Assembly (NCBI GenBank): GCA_963662665.2 | Contig: CAXXJS010000010.1 | Location: 288,001-352,000, forward strand | Origin: Candidatus Latescibacterota bacterium | GTDB lineage: Bacteria > Latescibacterota > UBA2968 > GCA-2709665 | Length of the DNA stretch: 64,000 nucleotides | Direction of reading: 5' to 3' | In this document: positions 1-9,392 of the stretch, one piece after another | Layout of the letters: the number at the start of each line of letters is the position of its first letter | Numbering within the stretch: position 1 is the first letter of the stretch | Notes under the pieces: generated by a model | What the model saw: the letters and a program-made list of their open reading frames with translations, nothing else | What the model was told of the DNA's origin: nothing | Databases searched by the model: none | Program-made: the position numbers and the translations under genes

Positions 1-578
1 TACCGTTCGGGTGCAAGCCCCGGAGATCTGATCTACGTGTCGGGCCACTCTCGGGGATTCCCGCGGCAGGCTTGAAACTGGCGCTGGGGGAAGCAGTCGG
101 GCTGTCTGAGGAAGACCGTGAGTTTCTGCGACGCAGACACCACCGGCCGGAGCCCAGGGTGGCGTTGGGCCGCGCGCTGGCGGCATCCGGCGCCGTGACC
201 TCGATGTTGGATCTCTCGGACGGGGTGGCGTCGGATTTACGGCATATCTGCACGCAGAGCGGGGTTTCCGCGGTCATCGGCGAAACGATGATTCCCGTTT
301 CGCCTGCGTTCCGGCGTTTCTGCGAGCTTTCGGATCTCGGAATCCCGGACCTGGCTATTTCAGGTGGCGAGGACTATGAGCTACTCTTTACGATCACTCC
401 CGAAGCGAGAAATGACATCGAGGCGCTCGATGGCGGGTCGCGGGTTTGCCTGATAGGGCGAGTCGAAGCGGGAGGCGGGAGCATATTCCTCGAGAATACG
501 CAAGGCGCGAGGACGGAGTTGGAAGCCCGAGGTTTCGACCATTTTTCCGGTTTAATTGCCCGCGGAACGGTACTCTGA
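1..578 (+). CDS. thiL: Thiamine-monophosphate kinase, 3' part (runs off window start; two apparent +1 C insertions near 46 and 62)
   Basis: Motifs RSGASPGDLIYVSG, (T)LGDSAAGL, MLDLSDG and SGGEDYELLFT. Confidence 0.85.
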   Translation, partial: PFGCKPRRSDLRVGPLSGIPAAGLKLALGEAVGLSEEDREFLRRRHHRPEPRVALGRALAASGAVTSMLDLSDGVASDLRHICTQSGVSAVIGETMIPVSPAFRRFCELSDLGIPDLAISGGEDYELLFTITPEARNDIEALDGGSRVCLIGRVEAGGGSIFLENTQGARTELEARGFDHFSGLIARGTVL

Positions 579-630
579 AAGCCAATTCAAACGAATCCCG
601 TCGCATTGCCGCGACCTGGACAGGTAATCA

Positions 631-3075
631 ATGGGACGCATTCCCGAGTCAAATACCACGGTTCGCCTGACGGTTCCCGTCGCCGGGATGAGCTGCGCCG
701 CTTGCGCCGCCCGTATTCGGGAGGAATTGAGAAAATTGCACGGCGTAGACGAAGCCGACGTTAATTTCGCGACGGCGGAGGCCACTGTGTTGCTCAGGCC
801 CGATCGGACAGGCGTGAAACAACTGGTTCGTAGTATTGAGAATCTCGGCTATGGTATCCGTGCGGAAGAAGCGAAGCTGGCCATTCGCGACATGAGCTGC
901 GCCGCCTGCGTCTCGCGGATCGAAGACGCACTGACCGGCGTTCCGGGCGTACTCGAAACCGCGGTCAACCTTGCGACCCGTCAGGCGACCGTGCGCCACT
1001 TTCAGGTACCCGTGTCCAATCTCAAACTGGCGGTGACCGATGCCGGATACAGCGCGACGGAGACGGAAGGAGATGAGATCGCGGAAAGCGGCGCAGCATT
1101 GGAAGAACGGTCGGAACGCCGTTCGGTGCGCATTCGTTTCATCGTTGCGGCCGTGCTGTCTGCGCTCATCATGGGCGTGGGAATGCTGCACAAAGTCCGC
1201 GGCGCGGGGAACTCGATGCAGGAGGTCCACCTTCTGCTTTTCCTCCTGGCCACTCCGGTGCAATTCTGGTGCGGCTGGCGTTTTCTCAGGGGGTTCTGGG
1301 TTGGCCTCCGCCACACGACTGCCGACATGAACAGCCTCATCGCGGTTGGAACGCTGGCGGCCTATGGATACAGCGTCGCCGTCGTGTTCGCTGCCCGGAC
1401 CGTGTACGGAGCGGGCGAGCCCGTCAGCGTCTACTTCGACACCTCCGCGATGATCGTCACCCTTATCCTTCTTGGCCGGCTGCTGGAGATCCGATCCAGG
1501 GGTCGCACCACCGAAGCCATTCGCAGGCTGATGGATCTTCGTCCCCAGACCGCCTGTGTGATTCGAGACGGTGGAGAGTCGGTGGTTCCCGTGGACGACG
1601 TCGCAGTTGGCGACCTCATTCGTATTCGGCCGGGCGACAGAATTCCGGTGGACGGCGTTGTCGAAGAGGGGCGTTCCAACGTCGACGAATCCGTGATTAC
1701 CGGTGAGAGTATGCCCATTGAAAAAGGCAGGCAGAGCCGGGTCCTTGGGGCAACCCTCAACAAGGCCGGAAGTTTCACCTTCACGGCAACACAGGTCGGC
1801 GCGGAAACGGTGCATGCCCAGATCGTTCGATTGGTTCGCCAGGCTCAAGGCTCACGTGCGCCCGTTCAGCGCATCGCGGACCGGGTTGCCGGGGTCTTTG
1901 TGCCGGTCGTTTTCGGCGTCGCCCTGCTTACGTTCGCCCTATGGTGGTTCGCCGATTCCGGATCCGGCGCCTCCGACGCGCTGCTCAACGCCGTAGCGGT
2001 CCTTATTATCGCGTGTCCGTGCGCGCTCGGGCTGGCTACACCCACGGCCATTCTGGTTGGCACCGGCAGGGCCGCGGAACTGGGGATCCTCATCAAGGGC
2101 GGCGCCGTCCTCGAAACCGCCCACCGGATCGACACAATTGTCCTGGACAAAACGGGCACCCTCACAACTGGCCGCCCCACCGTTACCGATCTCGTCGCCG
2201 CCGGTACATGCACGGAAACGGAACTGCTCAGGTTGGCCGCGGCCGTCGAACAGGGTTCCGAGCACCCACTCGGTGAGGCCATTCGCAACGCGGCGAGGGA
2301 ACGCGGGCTGCCAATAGAAGATTCCCTGGAGTTCCAGGCCTTGCCAGGTCAGGGCGTACGCGCAAAAAAAGCCGGTCGCGCCATTCTTCTGGGCAACCGG
2401 CGGTTGATGGAGGGCAGGGCAACGGTACCGGACCACCTGGATGTGCAGGCGGCGCGTCTGGAAGGCGGCGGCAAAACGGTTCTGTTTGTCGCCGCGGACG
2501 ATCAGATTGTGGGTCTCATCGGCGTTGCCGACGTCCTGAAACCGGACGTCGTGCGCGCGGTTTCTGATCTCAAGTCACTGGACCTGAACGTCTACCTCCT
2601 CACGGGAGACAACCGGAGAACCGCCGGCGCCATCGCGAAGCAGGCGGGGATCGACCAGGTGAATGCGGAGGTGATGCCCGAAGAGAAGGCAGCGCGTATC
2701 GCAGCACTGCAAACCGAGGGTTATCGAGTGGCCATGGTCGGCGATGGCGTCAACGACGCGCCTGCCCTGGCGACCGCCGACGTTGGCATTGCGGTTGGCA
2801 CGGGCACGGCCGTTGCCATGGAAAGCGCGGACGTTACCCTCATGTCCGGTAGCCTCGCCGGAATAGAGACGGCGATCCGCCTGTCGGGTAGGACCATGCG
2901 CACGATCCGCCAGAACCTGTTCTGGGCGTTTGTCTACAACGTACTGCTGATACCTGTAGCCGCGTTCGGCCTGCTCAATCCGCTCGGCGGGCCCATGGTG
3001 GCAGCAGGCGCCATGGCGCTGAGTTCCGTCTCGGTAATCTCGAATTCACTACGGATCAGGAGATTTCTGCGATAG
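631..3075 (+). CDS. copA: Copper-translocating P1B-type ATPase
   Basis: Two HMA CxxC domains (GMSCAAC, DMSCAAC), TGES, CPCALGLATP, DKTGT, SEHP, GDGVND, YN and MALSSVSV. Confidence 0.93.
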   Translation: MGRIPESNTTVRLTVPVAGMSCAACAARIREELRKLHGVDEADVNFATAEATVLLRPDRTGVKQLVRSIENLGYGIRAEEAKLAIRDMSCAACVSRIEDALTGVPGVLETAVNLATRQATVRHFQVPVSNLKLAVTDAGYSATETEGDEIAESGAALEERSERRSVRIRFIVAAVLSALIMGVGMLHKVRGAGNSMQEVHLLLFLLATPVQFWCGWRFLRGFWVGLRHTTADMNSLIAVGTLAAYGYSVAVVFAARTVYGAGEPVSVYFDTSAMIVTLILLGRLLEIRSRGRTTEAIRRLMDLRPQTACVIRDGGESVVPVDDVAVGDLIRIRPGDRIPVDGVVEEGRSNVDESVITGESMPIEKGRQSRVLGATLNKAGSFTFTATQVGAETVHAQIVRLVRQAQGSRAPVQRIADRVAGVFVPVVFGVALLTFALWWFADSGSGASDALLNAVAVLIIACPCALGLATPTAILVGTGRAAELGILIKGGAVLETAHRIDTIVLDKTGTLTTGRPTVTDLVAAGTCTETELLRLAAAVEQGSEHPLGEAIRNAARERGLPIEDSLEFQALPGQGVRAKKAGRAILLGNRRLMEGRATVPDHLDVQAARLEGGGKTVLFVAADDQIVGLIGVADVLKPDVVRAVSDLKSLDLNVYLLTGDNRRTAGAIAKQAGIDQVNAEVMPEEKAARIAALQTEGYRVAMVGDGVNDAPALATADVGIAVGTGTAVAMESADVTLMSGSLAGIETAIRLSGRTMRTIRQNLFWAFVYNVLLIPVAAFGLLNPLGGPMVAAGAMALSSVSVISNSLRIRRFLR

Positions 3076-3192
3076 GCGGGGAGTTGCCGTTTTCCAGGCC
3101 CGTCCGCCATATGCGGCCGCTCCGGAAAGCTGCTTCGACACTATGTTGTGGAAGACCGGCGAAGGCGGAGGAATCGCTCTATGTCCGAAAAG

Positions 3193-4314
3193 TCATCGCT
3201 TTTTCCTGGCATATGCCAGGATGCCCTTGACGATCCTTTCGGCATTGCGCTCCCGGTTCTTATGGTACCGGATCTTCCAGGCGTCGTTCTTGTCGTGGAC
3301 GTTGTGGACTTCAACGAGAATTTCGGCGTGGGCCAGATTATTTCGCAATACCGCGAGGTTCCGCCCCTGAATTCGTGCGGGCAGGTCCGGTTGGTTCAGG
3401 GCTGAACGCATGACGCGGGCGAACGATCTGGAACGGCTGTCAGTCCTGCCACGCCGTTTGTGATAGATCGCCAGCGGACCTCCGGGCCGCCCTGGATTGT
3501 AATCCGCATGTAACGAAATGAAGAGACTCTTTCCTCTGCGCGCTCTTTTTACGAAGCGGTTCGTCACCCGGACTCGCTGTGAAAGATTCGCGCTCCTGGG
3601 GCGGACCTTCTCCGAATTCCTCCGGTTGTACCGTGCATCGTTGTAAACTTCGTTCTGTTCGTGGACGAACGTCACCTTGGCAGGAATATTGTCCCGGATC
3701 AGATGATTGGGGCTGATCACCGTCAATGTCACCTCGGCGCCCAGAAGCCGAAGTCTTTTGTACATACGAAGCGCAATGTCGTAGACATATTCATCCTCGA
3801 CCACGTAAACCCGGATGGACTTGCCCGCTGTATTCGAGACGATCGCCCCCGGATCGATGCCGCCGTGACCGGGATCGAGCACGATTCGCCAGCCCTTCAG
3901 TGGCTGCCGTCTTGTTTTACGGGCATTGGCGAAAATCTGTGCATCAAAAGCGCGCAGGAGGATCTGAGCACGCCGATAGTCCAGACCTGGGCTGGACCGC
4001 GCCCTTTCGGAATAGTTACGATGTCTTTGCCGGCTCGCCTTCGGCTTTCGCCAGTAATACGGGCCGTTCTCCGCACTATATTTGACAATCCGTGGTGTCA
4101 GACGGAGTACCTGACCCGGATAGACGTTGTTGGTCCGCAGTTTGTTGATCCGTTTGATTGCCCCGATGCTGGTATCGTATTGCCTGGCAATCGACCACAA
4201 AGATTCGCCCTTACGGACCTTGTGGGACAATGAGAGCCCTGCAAGGGGGTTTGCCAGCAGCATGACCACGCAAAGCCCGGCGCTCAGAAGACGCAAGAAT
4301 CGAAGCTTGTCCAT
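3193..4314 (-). CDS. LysM-domain N-acetylmuramoyl-L-alanine amidase (Amidase_3)
   Basis: Signal-like N-terminus, LysM HKVRKGESLWSIARQY, VLDPGHGG, FISLHAD, ILVEV; start uncertain (4314 or 4338). Confidence 0.85.
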   Translation of the reverse strand: MDKLRFLRLLSAGLCVVMLLANPLAGLSLSHKVRKGESLWSIARQYDTSIGAIKRINKLRTNNVYPGQVLRLTPRIVKYSAENGPYYWRKPKASRQRHRNYSERARSSPGLDYRRAQILLRAFDAQIFANARKTRRQPLKGWRIVLDPGHGGIDPGAIVSNTAGKSIRVYVVEDEYVYDIALRMYKRLRLLGAEVTLTVISPNHLIRDNIPAKVTFVHEQNEVYNDARYNRRNSEKVRPRSANLSQRVRVTNRFVKRARRGKSLFISLHADYNPGRPGGPLAIYHKRRGRTDSRSRSFARVMRSALNQPDLPARIQGRNLAVLRNNLAHAEILVEVHNVHDKNDAWKIRYHKNRERNAERIVKGILAYARKKR

Positions 4315-4457
4315 AATTGATGTTGTGCGCGTAAGCATGAGTTGACCGGCGGGCACACCTGCCCGTCTTTCCCGAGAGAACACTCCAGATCTTACGCCAT
4401 TTGTCTGTAAAAGACAAGTCGCCACTGCCCGGGAACACAGGAAATGACGCCCCAATC

Positions 4458-4493
4458 CGGTTGTTTTCACCTGGATTATGGCGTTTTTCACCA
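4458..4493 (+). promoter_or_regulatory. Tandem upstream activator sites (PspF-like UAS) for pspA
   Basis: CGGTT-GTTTT-CACCT (4458-4472) and TGGCG-TTTTT-CACCA (4479-4493), 21 bp apart, followed by an AT-rich IHF-like tract. Confidence 0.6.
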
Positions 4494-4577
4494 ATAGTCG
4501 ATGACAGATCCATCTCGGTGTACCTAATAAATGTATAAAATACAGATACTTAATAAACGTGTGGTATTTTTCTCATC

Positions 4578-4595
4578 TTGGTACGGTCCTTGCAT
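4578..4595 (+). promoter_or_regulatory. Sigma54 (-24/-12) promoter of the pspA operon
   Basis: TTGGTACGGTCCTTGCAT, GG-N10-GC, about 95 bp upstream of pspA. Confidence 0.8.
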
Positions 4596-4688
4596 TGTTT
4601 AGGCCGCAGAACTGTGGATAAAAACCGAAAACTGATAAATTCCACCATCGGTGACGTTCAAACACTCACCCCGGAAAGGAGCACGAAC

Positions 4689-5366
4689 ATGGCCAAAGGC
4701 ATTTTCTCCAGAATGGCGGATATTATCAAGGCCAACATCAACGATCTTCTGAATCGCGCCGAAGATCCGGAAAAGATGATTCGGCAGATGATTCTCGAAA
4801 TGGAAGAGGCTGTGAACAAGGCGACTGCTTCCGTGGGGACCGCCGTTGCGAACGAAAAACGCCTGGAGCGTCAACTGCTGGAAAAAACGGACCGGATCGA
4901 GGCCTGGCAGAATAAGGCCGAACTTGCCGTGGAAAACGGCGAGGACGACCTCGCCCGGCGGGCGCTGGAACGGAAGGCCACCCTCGAAAAGGCCGCCAGT
5001 GACCTGGAAGTCGCCTTCGACGAAAGTCACAAAACCTCCGGCCAACTCAAGAAACAACTGACGCAGCTCAAGTCCAAACTGGACGAAGCGCGCACCCGTC
5101 AGGGGGCCCTGATTGCACGGCGCCGCGCGGCTCAGGCGCGTAAACAGATTGCCCAGGGCCTCTCGGGCATCGGCGACGACGCATTCTCCAGCTTCGAACG
5201 CTTTCGCAACCGGGTTGAAAACGAAGAAGCAGAGGCATCTGCTCACGCCGAAGTCGCGGGTGAGGATCCCTCGCTGGAAGACTCGTTCGAAAAAATGGAA
5301 CGGCGGAACACCGTGGAAGAGGAACTCGAGGCACTGAAAAACAAACTGCGCAAATCCGATGCATGA
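4689..5366 (+). CDS. pspA: Phage shock protein A (PspA/IM30 family)
   Basis: GIFSRMADIIKANINDLLNRAEDPEKMIRQMILEMEE, DDLARRALERK, long coiled coil; RBS GAAAGGA. Confidence 0.93.
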   Translation: MAKGIFSRMADIIKANINDLLNRAEDPEKMIRQMILEMEEAVNKATASVGTAVANEKRLERQLLEKTDRIEAWQNKAELAVENGEDDLARRALERKATLEKAASDLEVAFDESHKTSGQLKKQLTQLKSKLDEARTRQGALIARRRAAQARKQIAQGLSGIGDDAFSSFERFRNRVENEEAEASAHAEVAGEDPSLEDSFEKMERRNTVEEELEALKNKLRKSDA

Positions 5367-6003
5367 GTCACGAAAAATACTTGACGAAATCGCTTACGGA
5401 ATCGAAGCGGCGATGCGCGACACAAAAGAGGCCTGGCGCAACGTCCAGAAAAAAAAGCGACCCGTACGGCAAGAAAGGCGAACGGCTAACCACCCGCGAT
5501 CGCGCCGCCTTTCTTACCGACTCTCCGATCTGACCACCGACTGGAGCTGCGCCATGCGATTCGCCCTCGCGTTCGTTCTGAGAGCCACAGCGATACTGTT
5601 TGCACTCGGCGGACTTATGGGCCCTGTTTTTTCAGGGTTCCAGCCGACCGGCTTCCGCCTGGACCCGTTCGACTTCGCACTGGGGCTTGGCGTTGTCGGC
5701 ACGGCTCTGGTCTTCTGGCTTGCCGGCCGCAGGGTCCACACTTCGGCCGAGCGCAAGCGGTACGCGCAATATCAACATCGGCTGCTCGGACTCGCGTTCG
5801 AGAAGGGCGGAAGCCTCACCGTTCTGGAGGCAGCAACCGACGGCAAAATGACTGTTGAAAAAGCCGCTGAGATCCTCAGCGCGTTGGCCGTAGGCGGCAG
5901 CGCGGAAGTGCGTGTGTCCGAGTCCGGTCTTGTTGTCTATCACTTTCCGGAAATTGAACTCGGGGCCGAAAAATACCGGGCAAAACCGGTGGATGACCTT
6001 TGA
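5359..6003 (+). CDS. Two-TM membrane protein with C-terminal winged-helix-like domain
   Basis: Overlaps pspA stop; two hydrophobic segments; C-terminal GGSLTVLEAA...VSESGLVVYHFPEI. Confidence 0.7.
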   Translation: MHESRKILDEIAYGIEAAMRDTKEAWRNVQKKKRPVRQERRTANHPRSRRLSYRLSDLTTDWSCAMRFALAFVLRATAILFALGGLMGPVFSGFQPTGFRLDPFDFALGLGVVGTALVFWLAGRRVHTSAERKRYAQYQHRLLGLAFEKGGSLTVLEAATDGKMTVEKAAEILSALAVGGSAEVRVSESGLVVYHFPEIELGAEKYRAKPVDDL

Positions 6004-6184
6004 TATCTTAAACAGTGTCCTGTCCCACAAATTTCTCACCATTCGGCCGCCGATTCATCCCGTCTCGCGGCGTTGCCTTCGCTCGCCGACCTTACGCAGG
6101 TCGGTGCCGCCTTGCGAGCCGGGCGACTCGACTGCCGAATTCAGGCAACCTATTTCTGGGACAGAACACCCACGGAGGGGTGTC

Positions 6185-6400
6185 ATGTTTGAAGTCGGTG
6201 TTGGAATTGCGCTGATCGTTCTCGCTGCGGCGGTCCACAAATACGTAGATCGGCAAACCAAAGGTTTCATGCCCGGCAAAGTGGAGGAGCGCCTGAATGC
6301 CCGGCTGGACGACCTCGACCGGCGTCTGACGGATATCCAGGAAGTTATGATCGCGATCGACGAGAAGCTGAATCGTGCGGGTTCCCGGGAGACATCGTAA
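6185..6400 (+). CDS. Small PspB-like protein (TM plus coiled coil), 71 aa
   Basis: RBS GGAGGGG; N-terminal TM, then RLDDLDRRLTDIQEVMIAIDEKL. Confidence 0.65.
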   Translation: MFEVGVGIALIVLAAAVHKYVDRQTKGFMPGKVEERLNARLDDLDRRLTDIQEVMIAIDEKLNRAGSRETS

Positions 6401-6489
6401 CCGGCGAATGCACAGGCATCGGGGTTCCACGACAAATGGGATCGAGCAGCATCAGAATCGAACCTGCTCAAGATACGGAGCATAGAATC

Positions 6490-6864
6490 ATGAAATCTAA
6501 ACGCATTGACGTCACCGAGCGGATTCAGGATGGGACGGTTGTTGTCTCCGTCAGTGGCGATCCCGTCACCACAAGGGACGTGGCGCCGCTCCGACGCAAA
6601 TTAACTGACCTTGTAAACAGCGGCACTCGTACGGTAGTGGTCGACCTGTCGCACGTAGACCACGTCGGCGCCGCCATGCTTGGTGAACTGGCAACGGGAC
6701 TGAAGAGCACAAGAAACGCAGGCGGCGACCTGAAGCTGAGCGGCGTTTCCCGTCGGATCCGGAAGGTTCTTGCAGTGACGAGACTCTCGCGCATTTTCAA
6801 GTATGCAGGGGCGGGAAGCGGTACGCAGGATGCCGGCCATCGTAGCGTAAAAAAGGTGGCTTGA
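6490..6864 (+). CDS. STAS-domain anti-sigma-factor antagonist-like protein
   Basis: VVVDLSHVDHVGAAMLGEL...AGGDLKLSGVSRRIRKVLAVTRLSRIF. Confidence 0.85.
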   Translation: MKSKRIDVTERIQDGTVVVSVSGDPVTTRDVAPLRRKLTDLVNSGTRTVVVDLSHVDHVGAAMLGELATGLKSTRNAGGDLKLSGVSRRIRKVLAVTRLSRIFKYAGAGSGTQDAGHRSVKKVA

Positions 6865-6888
6865 AACCTCAAGGGGTGGAAATCCGTT
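6862..6888 (+). promoter_or_regulatory. Candidate ECF-sigma promoter
   Basis: TGAAAC-N17-CGTT upstream of the gene at 6930. Confidence 0.3.
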
Positions 6889-6929
6889 GCTTTTTGTCAA
6901 AGAGCGGGAATTCCTGTGGAGGGAACGGA

Positions 6930-7508
6930 ATGAGTTGGATACTGGAACTGGCGTTGGCCCTTTGCCTGCTGATGGTCGCGGGTGGATTCTCCGTTTATTT
7001 AATGACTCCCGGTAACAAAAAGCCGAGTGGATCCACGGTCGGGATTTTCCTGGCGGTTGCGGCCGTGGTGTTCGTGATCTGGGCATTCACTTCGGATCAT
7101 TGGAAACTGCTGCCTGATGCCAATGACATTCCTGCGCTTACCCTGGCCGGCAAGACCACCAACCTGCCGGACGAAGGCGTGACGCTATTCCTGGACAATC
7201 AAAGACGACTGGAATCAGCCGCAAAAAAACTCGAGGGAATTGCAGACCGGCTCGAGTTGGCTCAATCCGGAACGGGCCTCGGCATCGCAATGGAAATCGG
7301 CATCGGCATCTGCCTGATAATTTTTGCCGGGGGGATGGTGAGCTATATACACCTCAGGAAAAAAAGGGAAGGCAAGGGGATGAGTCCCGAACGGGCGAAA
7401 CGAATGGAATCGCGGCTGGACGCCGTGGACCAGCGCCTGAACGACCTCCAGGAGGTGATCATCACCCTGGATGAAAGGCTCAGGCGAAACAAAACCAACG
7501 TCACATAG
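6930..7508 (+). CDS. Membrane protein with C-terminal PspB-like module
   Basis: Three TM segments; C-terminus MEIGIGICLII...RLDAVDQRLNDLQEVIITLDERL aligns with the 6185 ORF. Confidence 0.7.
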   Translation: MSWILELALALCLLMVAGGFSVYLMTPGNKKPSGSTVGIFLAVAAVVFVIWAFTSDHWKLLPDANDIPALTLAGKTTNLPDEGVTLFLDNQRRLESAAKKLEGIADRLELAQSGTGLGIAMEIGIGICLIIFAGGMVSYIHLRKKREGKGMSPERAKRMESRLDAVDQRLNDLQEVIITLDERLRRNKTNVT

Positions 7509-7549
7509 ATCACGTTTGCTTTCTCGAGATTCACGATCGAATCCGAACA

Positions 7550-7576
7550 GGAATTAACGTGAATACAACTTCCGTT
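7550..7576 (+). promoter_or_regulatory. Candidate ECF-sigma promoter
   Basis: GGAATT-N17-CGTT just upstream of the 7595 RBS; shares TCCGTT with the 6862 site. Confidence 0.3.
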
Positions 7577-7594
7577 ATACAGAAAGGAAGACAC

Positions 7595-7771
7595 ATGCTC
7601 GCGAAAATTCTCGGCATCATCCTTATCGCCATCGGCGCGTACCTCGGTATTTTCGAAGTATTCAAACTCATCGGCATGTCGCTGGAAATCGTGTTCCTGC
7701 TCCTTAAACTGCTTGTGTCCTTTGTCCTGGTCTATGTGGGTTACCGGCTGCTTACCGGCGACTCCAGATAA
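7595..7771 (+). CDS. Small two-TM membrane protein, 58 aa (LiaI/PspG-like size and topology)
   Basis: RBS AAAGGAAG; almost entirely hydrophobic. Confidence 0.7.
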   Translation: MLAKILGIILIAIGAYLGIFEVFKLIGMSLEIVFLLLKLLVSFVLVYVGYRLLTGDSR

Positions 7772-7802
7772 TTCATCACCCTTTCGATAGGAATTCCCAT
7801 AA

Positions 7803-8378
7803 ATGAAAAACGAACGGCATCTGGTCCGGAGGGCCATCGAAGGTGACGCGGCTGCCTTCGGCGTCCTTTACAAGGCCTGCCATGAACAGATCTACGCGAC
7901 GATGGTACGAAGAACCAGCGATCCTGAAACCGCGCAGGATCTCGTGCAAACCGCGTTCCTGAGGGCATATACCGCCATGGGTTCCTACCGGGGAGAGGCC
8001 GCGTTTGCCACCTGGCTTACTCAGATCGCGCTGAACGTCCATAAATCTCACTACCGCAAACAGCAGGTGCGCCGGCGGTGGATAAAGGTAACTGAAGATC
8101 CTGCGGCACTTGCGGAAGCAACGCGGGTCCCCGCTCACGGCGAAAATCCGGAAATTTCGGCACAGCGGAACCAGAACCGCGACCTTGTCAGGAAGAGTAT
8201 TCGCGCATTGCCGGACAGGTATCGCACCGTCGTCTGGATGCGTTACGTCCGGGACTGGTCCTACGAGGAAATTACCCGGGAGTTGCAGATTCCCATGGGT
8301 ACCGTCAAGACCTGGCTCAACAGGGGAAGGTATCAATTGAAGGGCGAATTCCGAAAGCGGGGGTTGGTCCCGTCTTGA
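7803..8378 (+). CDS. ECF RNA polymerase sigma factor
   Basis: AQDLVQTAFLRAY, FATWLTQIALN, SYEEI...MGTVKTWLNRGR. Confidence 0.93.
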   Translation: MKNERHLVRRAIEGDAAAFGVLYKACHEQIYATMVRRTSDPETAQDLVQTAFLRAYTAMGSYRGEAAFATWLTQIALNVHKSHYRKQQVRRRWIKVTEDPAALAEATRVPAHGENPEISAQRNQNRDLVRKSIRALPDRYRTVVWMRYVRDWSYEEITRELQIPMGTVKTWLNRGRYQLKGEFRKRGLVPS

Positions 8379-8504
8379 CGTCGCTTTCCTCCTGATCCCG
8401 GCCGGACAGATTTCAGGGCCGGGAAGCCGTCGCAATCGAGGCCGACTCGCTCGCCACAGTGGTTCGGGGGGGAGTAGAGGACTCGGCATTCGCAAACGCC
8501 GGCG

Positions 8505-8523
8505 AAAACCCACTGGGTTTTTT
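8505..8523 (+). terminator. Possible weak intrinsic terminator
   Basis: AAAACCC-ACT-GGGTTTTTT. Confidence 0.3.
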
Positions 8524-8643
8524 GTTGACTCCGTCAGCGTTCTATGTCACATTTTCGAAGGGCGCATTACTGGACACGGACCCTCGGTAATCCGCGCGCA
8601 TTCCTTCGTATTCGAATTCCGAACCACGCATTGGGAGCGAGAT

Positions 8644-9240
8644 ATGGATGCCTGGTGGACGGATCTGACCACGCTCAACCAGATTCTCTACATCGTGGCG
8701 ATATTTTTCAGCGCGTTTTTCATCTGGCAACTCCTTGCGGTTTTGTTTGGGCTTGGAAACGTTTCGGACGCAGGGTTTTCCGGAGATACAAACCTCGGCG
8801 ACGCCGGTCCGGAGCTTAACGACGGTACGGTTGCTTCTTTCAAACTGCTATCTATCAGGTCCCTCATCGCGTTTGGCATGCTGTTCGGATGGGCGGGCGC
8901 CCTGTATCTGCAGAGAGGGTTGGATACTCAGACTGCCCTGCTCTACGCGCTTGTCTGGGGCAGCGCCGGCATGTTGGTCGTGGCCTATTTCTTCCGCGGT
9001 ATCCGGCAGCTTACCGAAACCGGAAACGCCAGCCTGGATACATGCGTAGGCACGGCGGGAGAGGTATATCTGGATATTCCCGAGGGAGGCGCCGGACAGG
9101 TACGGGTGTTGGAGAGTGGCGCGGTCACCTACGTATCCGCTCGCGGAAGAAACGGGATGCCGATTTCAGCCAAAACGCCGGTCCGCATTCTTCGTGTGGC
9201 GGATGCAACCACACTTGAGGTCGAGCCGATGGTGTCCTGA
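8644..9240 (+). CDS. NfeD-like membrane protein (YuaF type, C-terminal OB fold)
   Basis: N-terminal TMs, then VGTAGEVYLDIPEGGAGQVRV...VRILRVADATTLEVEP; directly upstream of flotillin. Confidence 0.85.
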   Translation: MDAWWTDLTTLNQILYIVAIFFSAFFIWQLLAVLFGLGNVSDAGFSGDTNLGDAGPELNDGTVASFKLLSIRSLIAFGMLFGWAGALYLQRGLDTQTALLYALVWGSAGMLVVAYFFRGIRQLTETGNASLDTCVGTAGEVYLDIPEGGAGQVRVLESGAVTYVSARGRNGMPISAKTPVRILRVADATTLEVEPMVS

Positions 9241-9392
9241 GTGATATCTGGTTTTAGTGCCTGTGTTTCCTGTATTTCCTTTCGTATCATCACGCCCAGG
9301 GATGAGACAGGAACGGGATTTCAACCCGAACGGGACTCGCTCCGGGACAGATTTCAACCAAAGGTGAAATTTCCAATCGGGGAGGGACAGCA

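Noticed and set aside
8404-9356. 12-bp GGACAGATTTCA repeated in two intergenic regions (8404 and 9345)
   Set aside because: Many 12-mer matches are expected by chance in 64 kb; no symmetry or consistent position.
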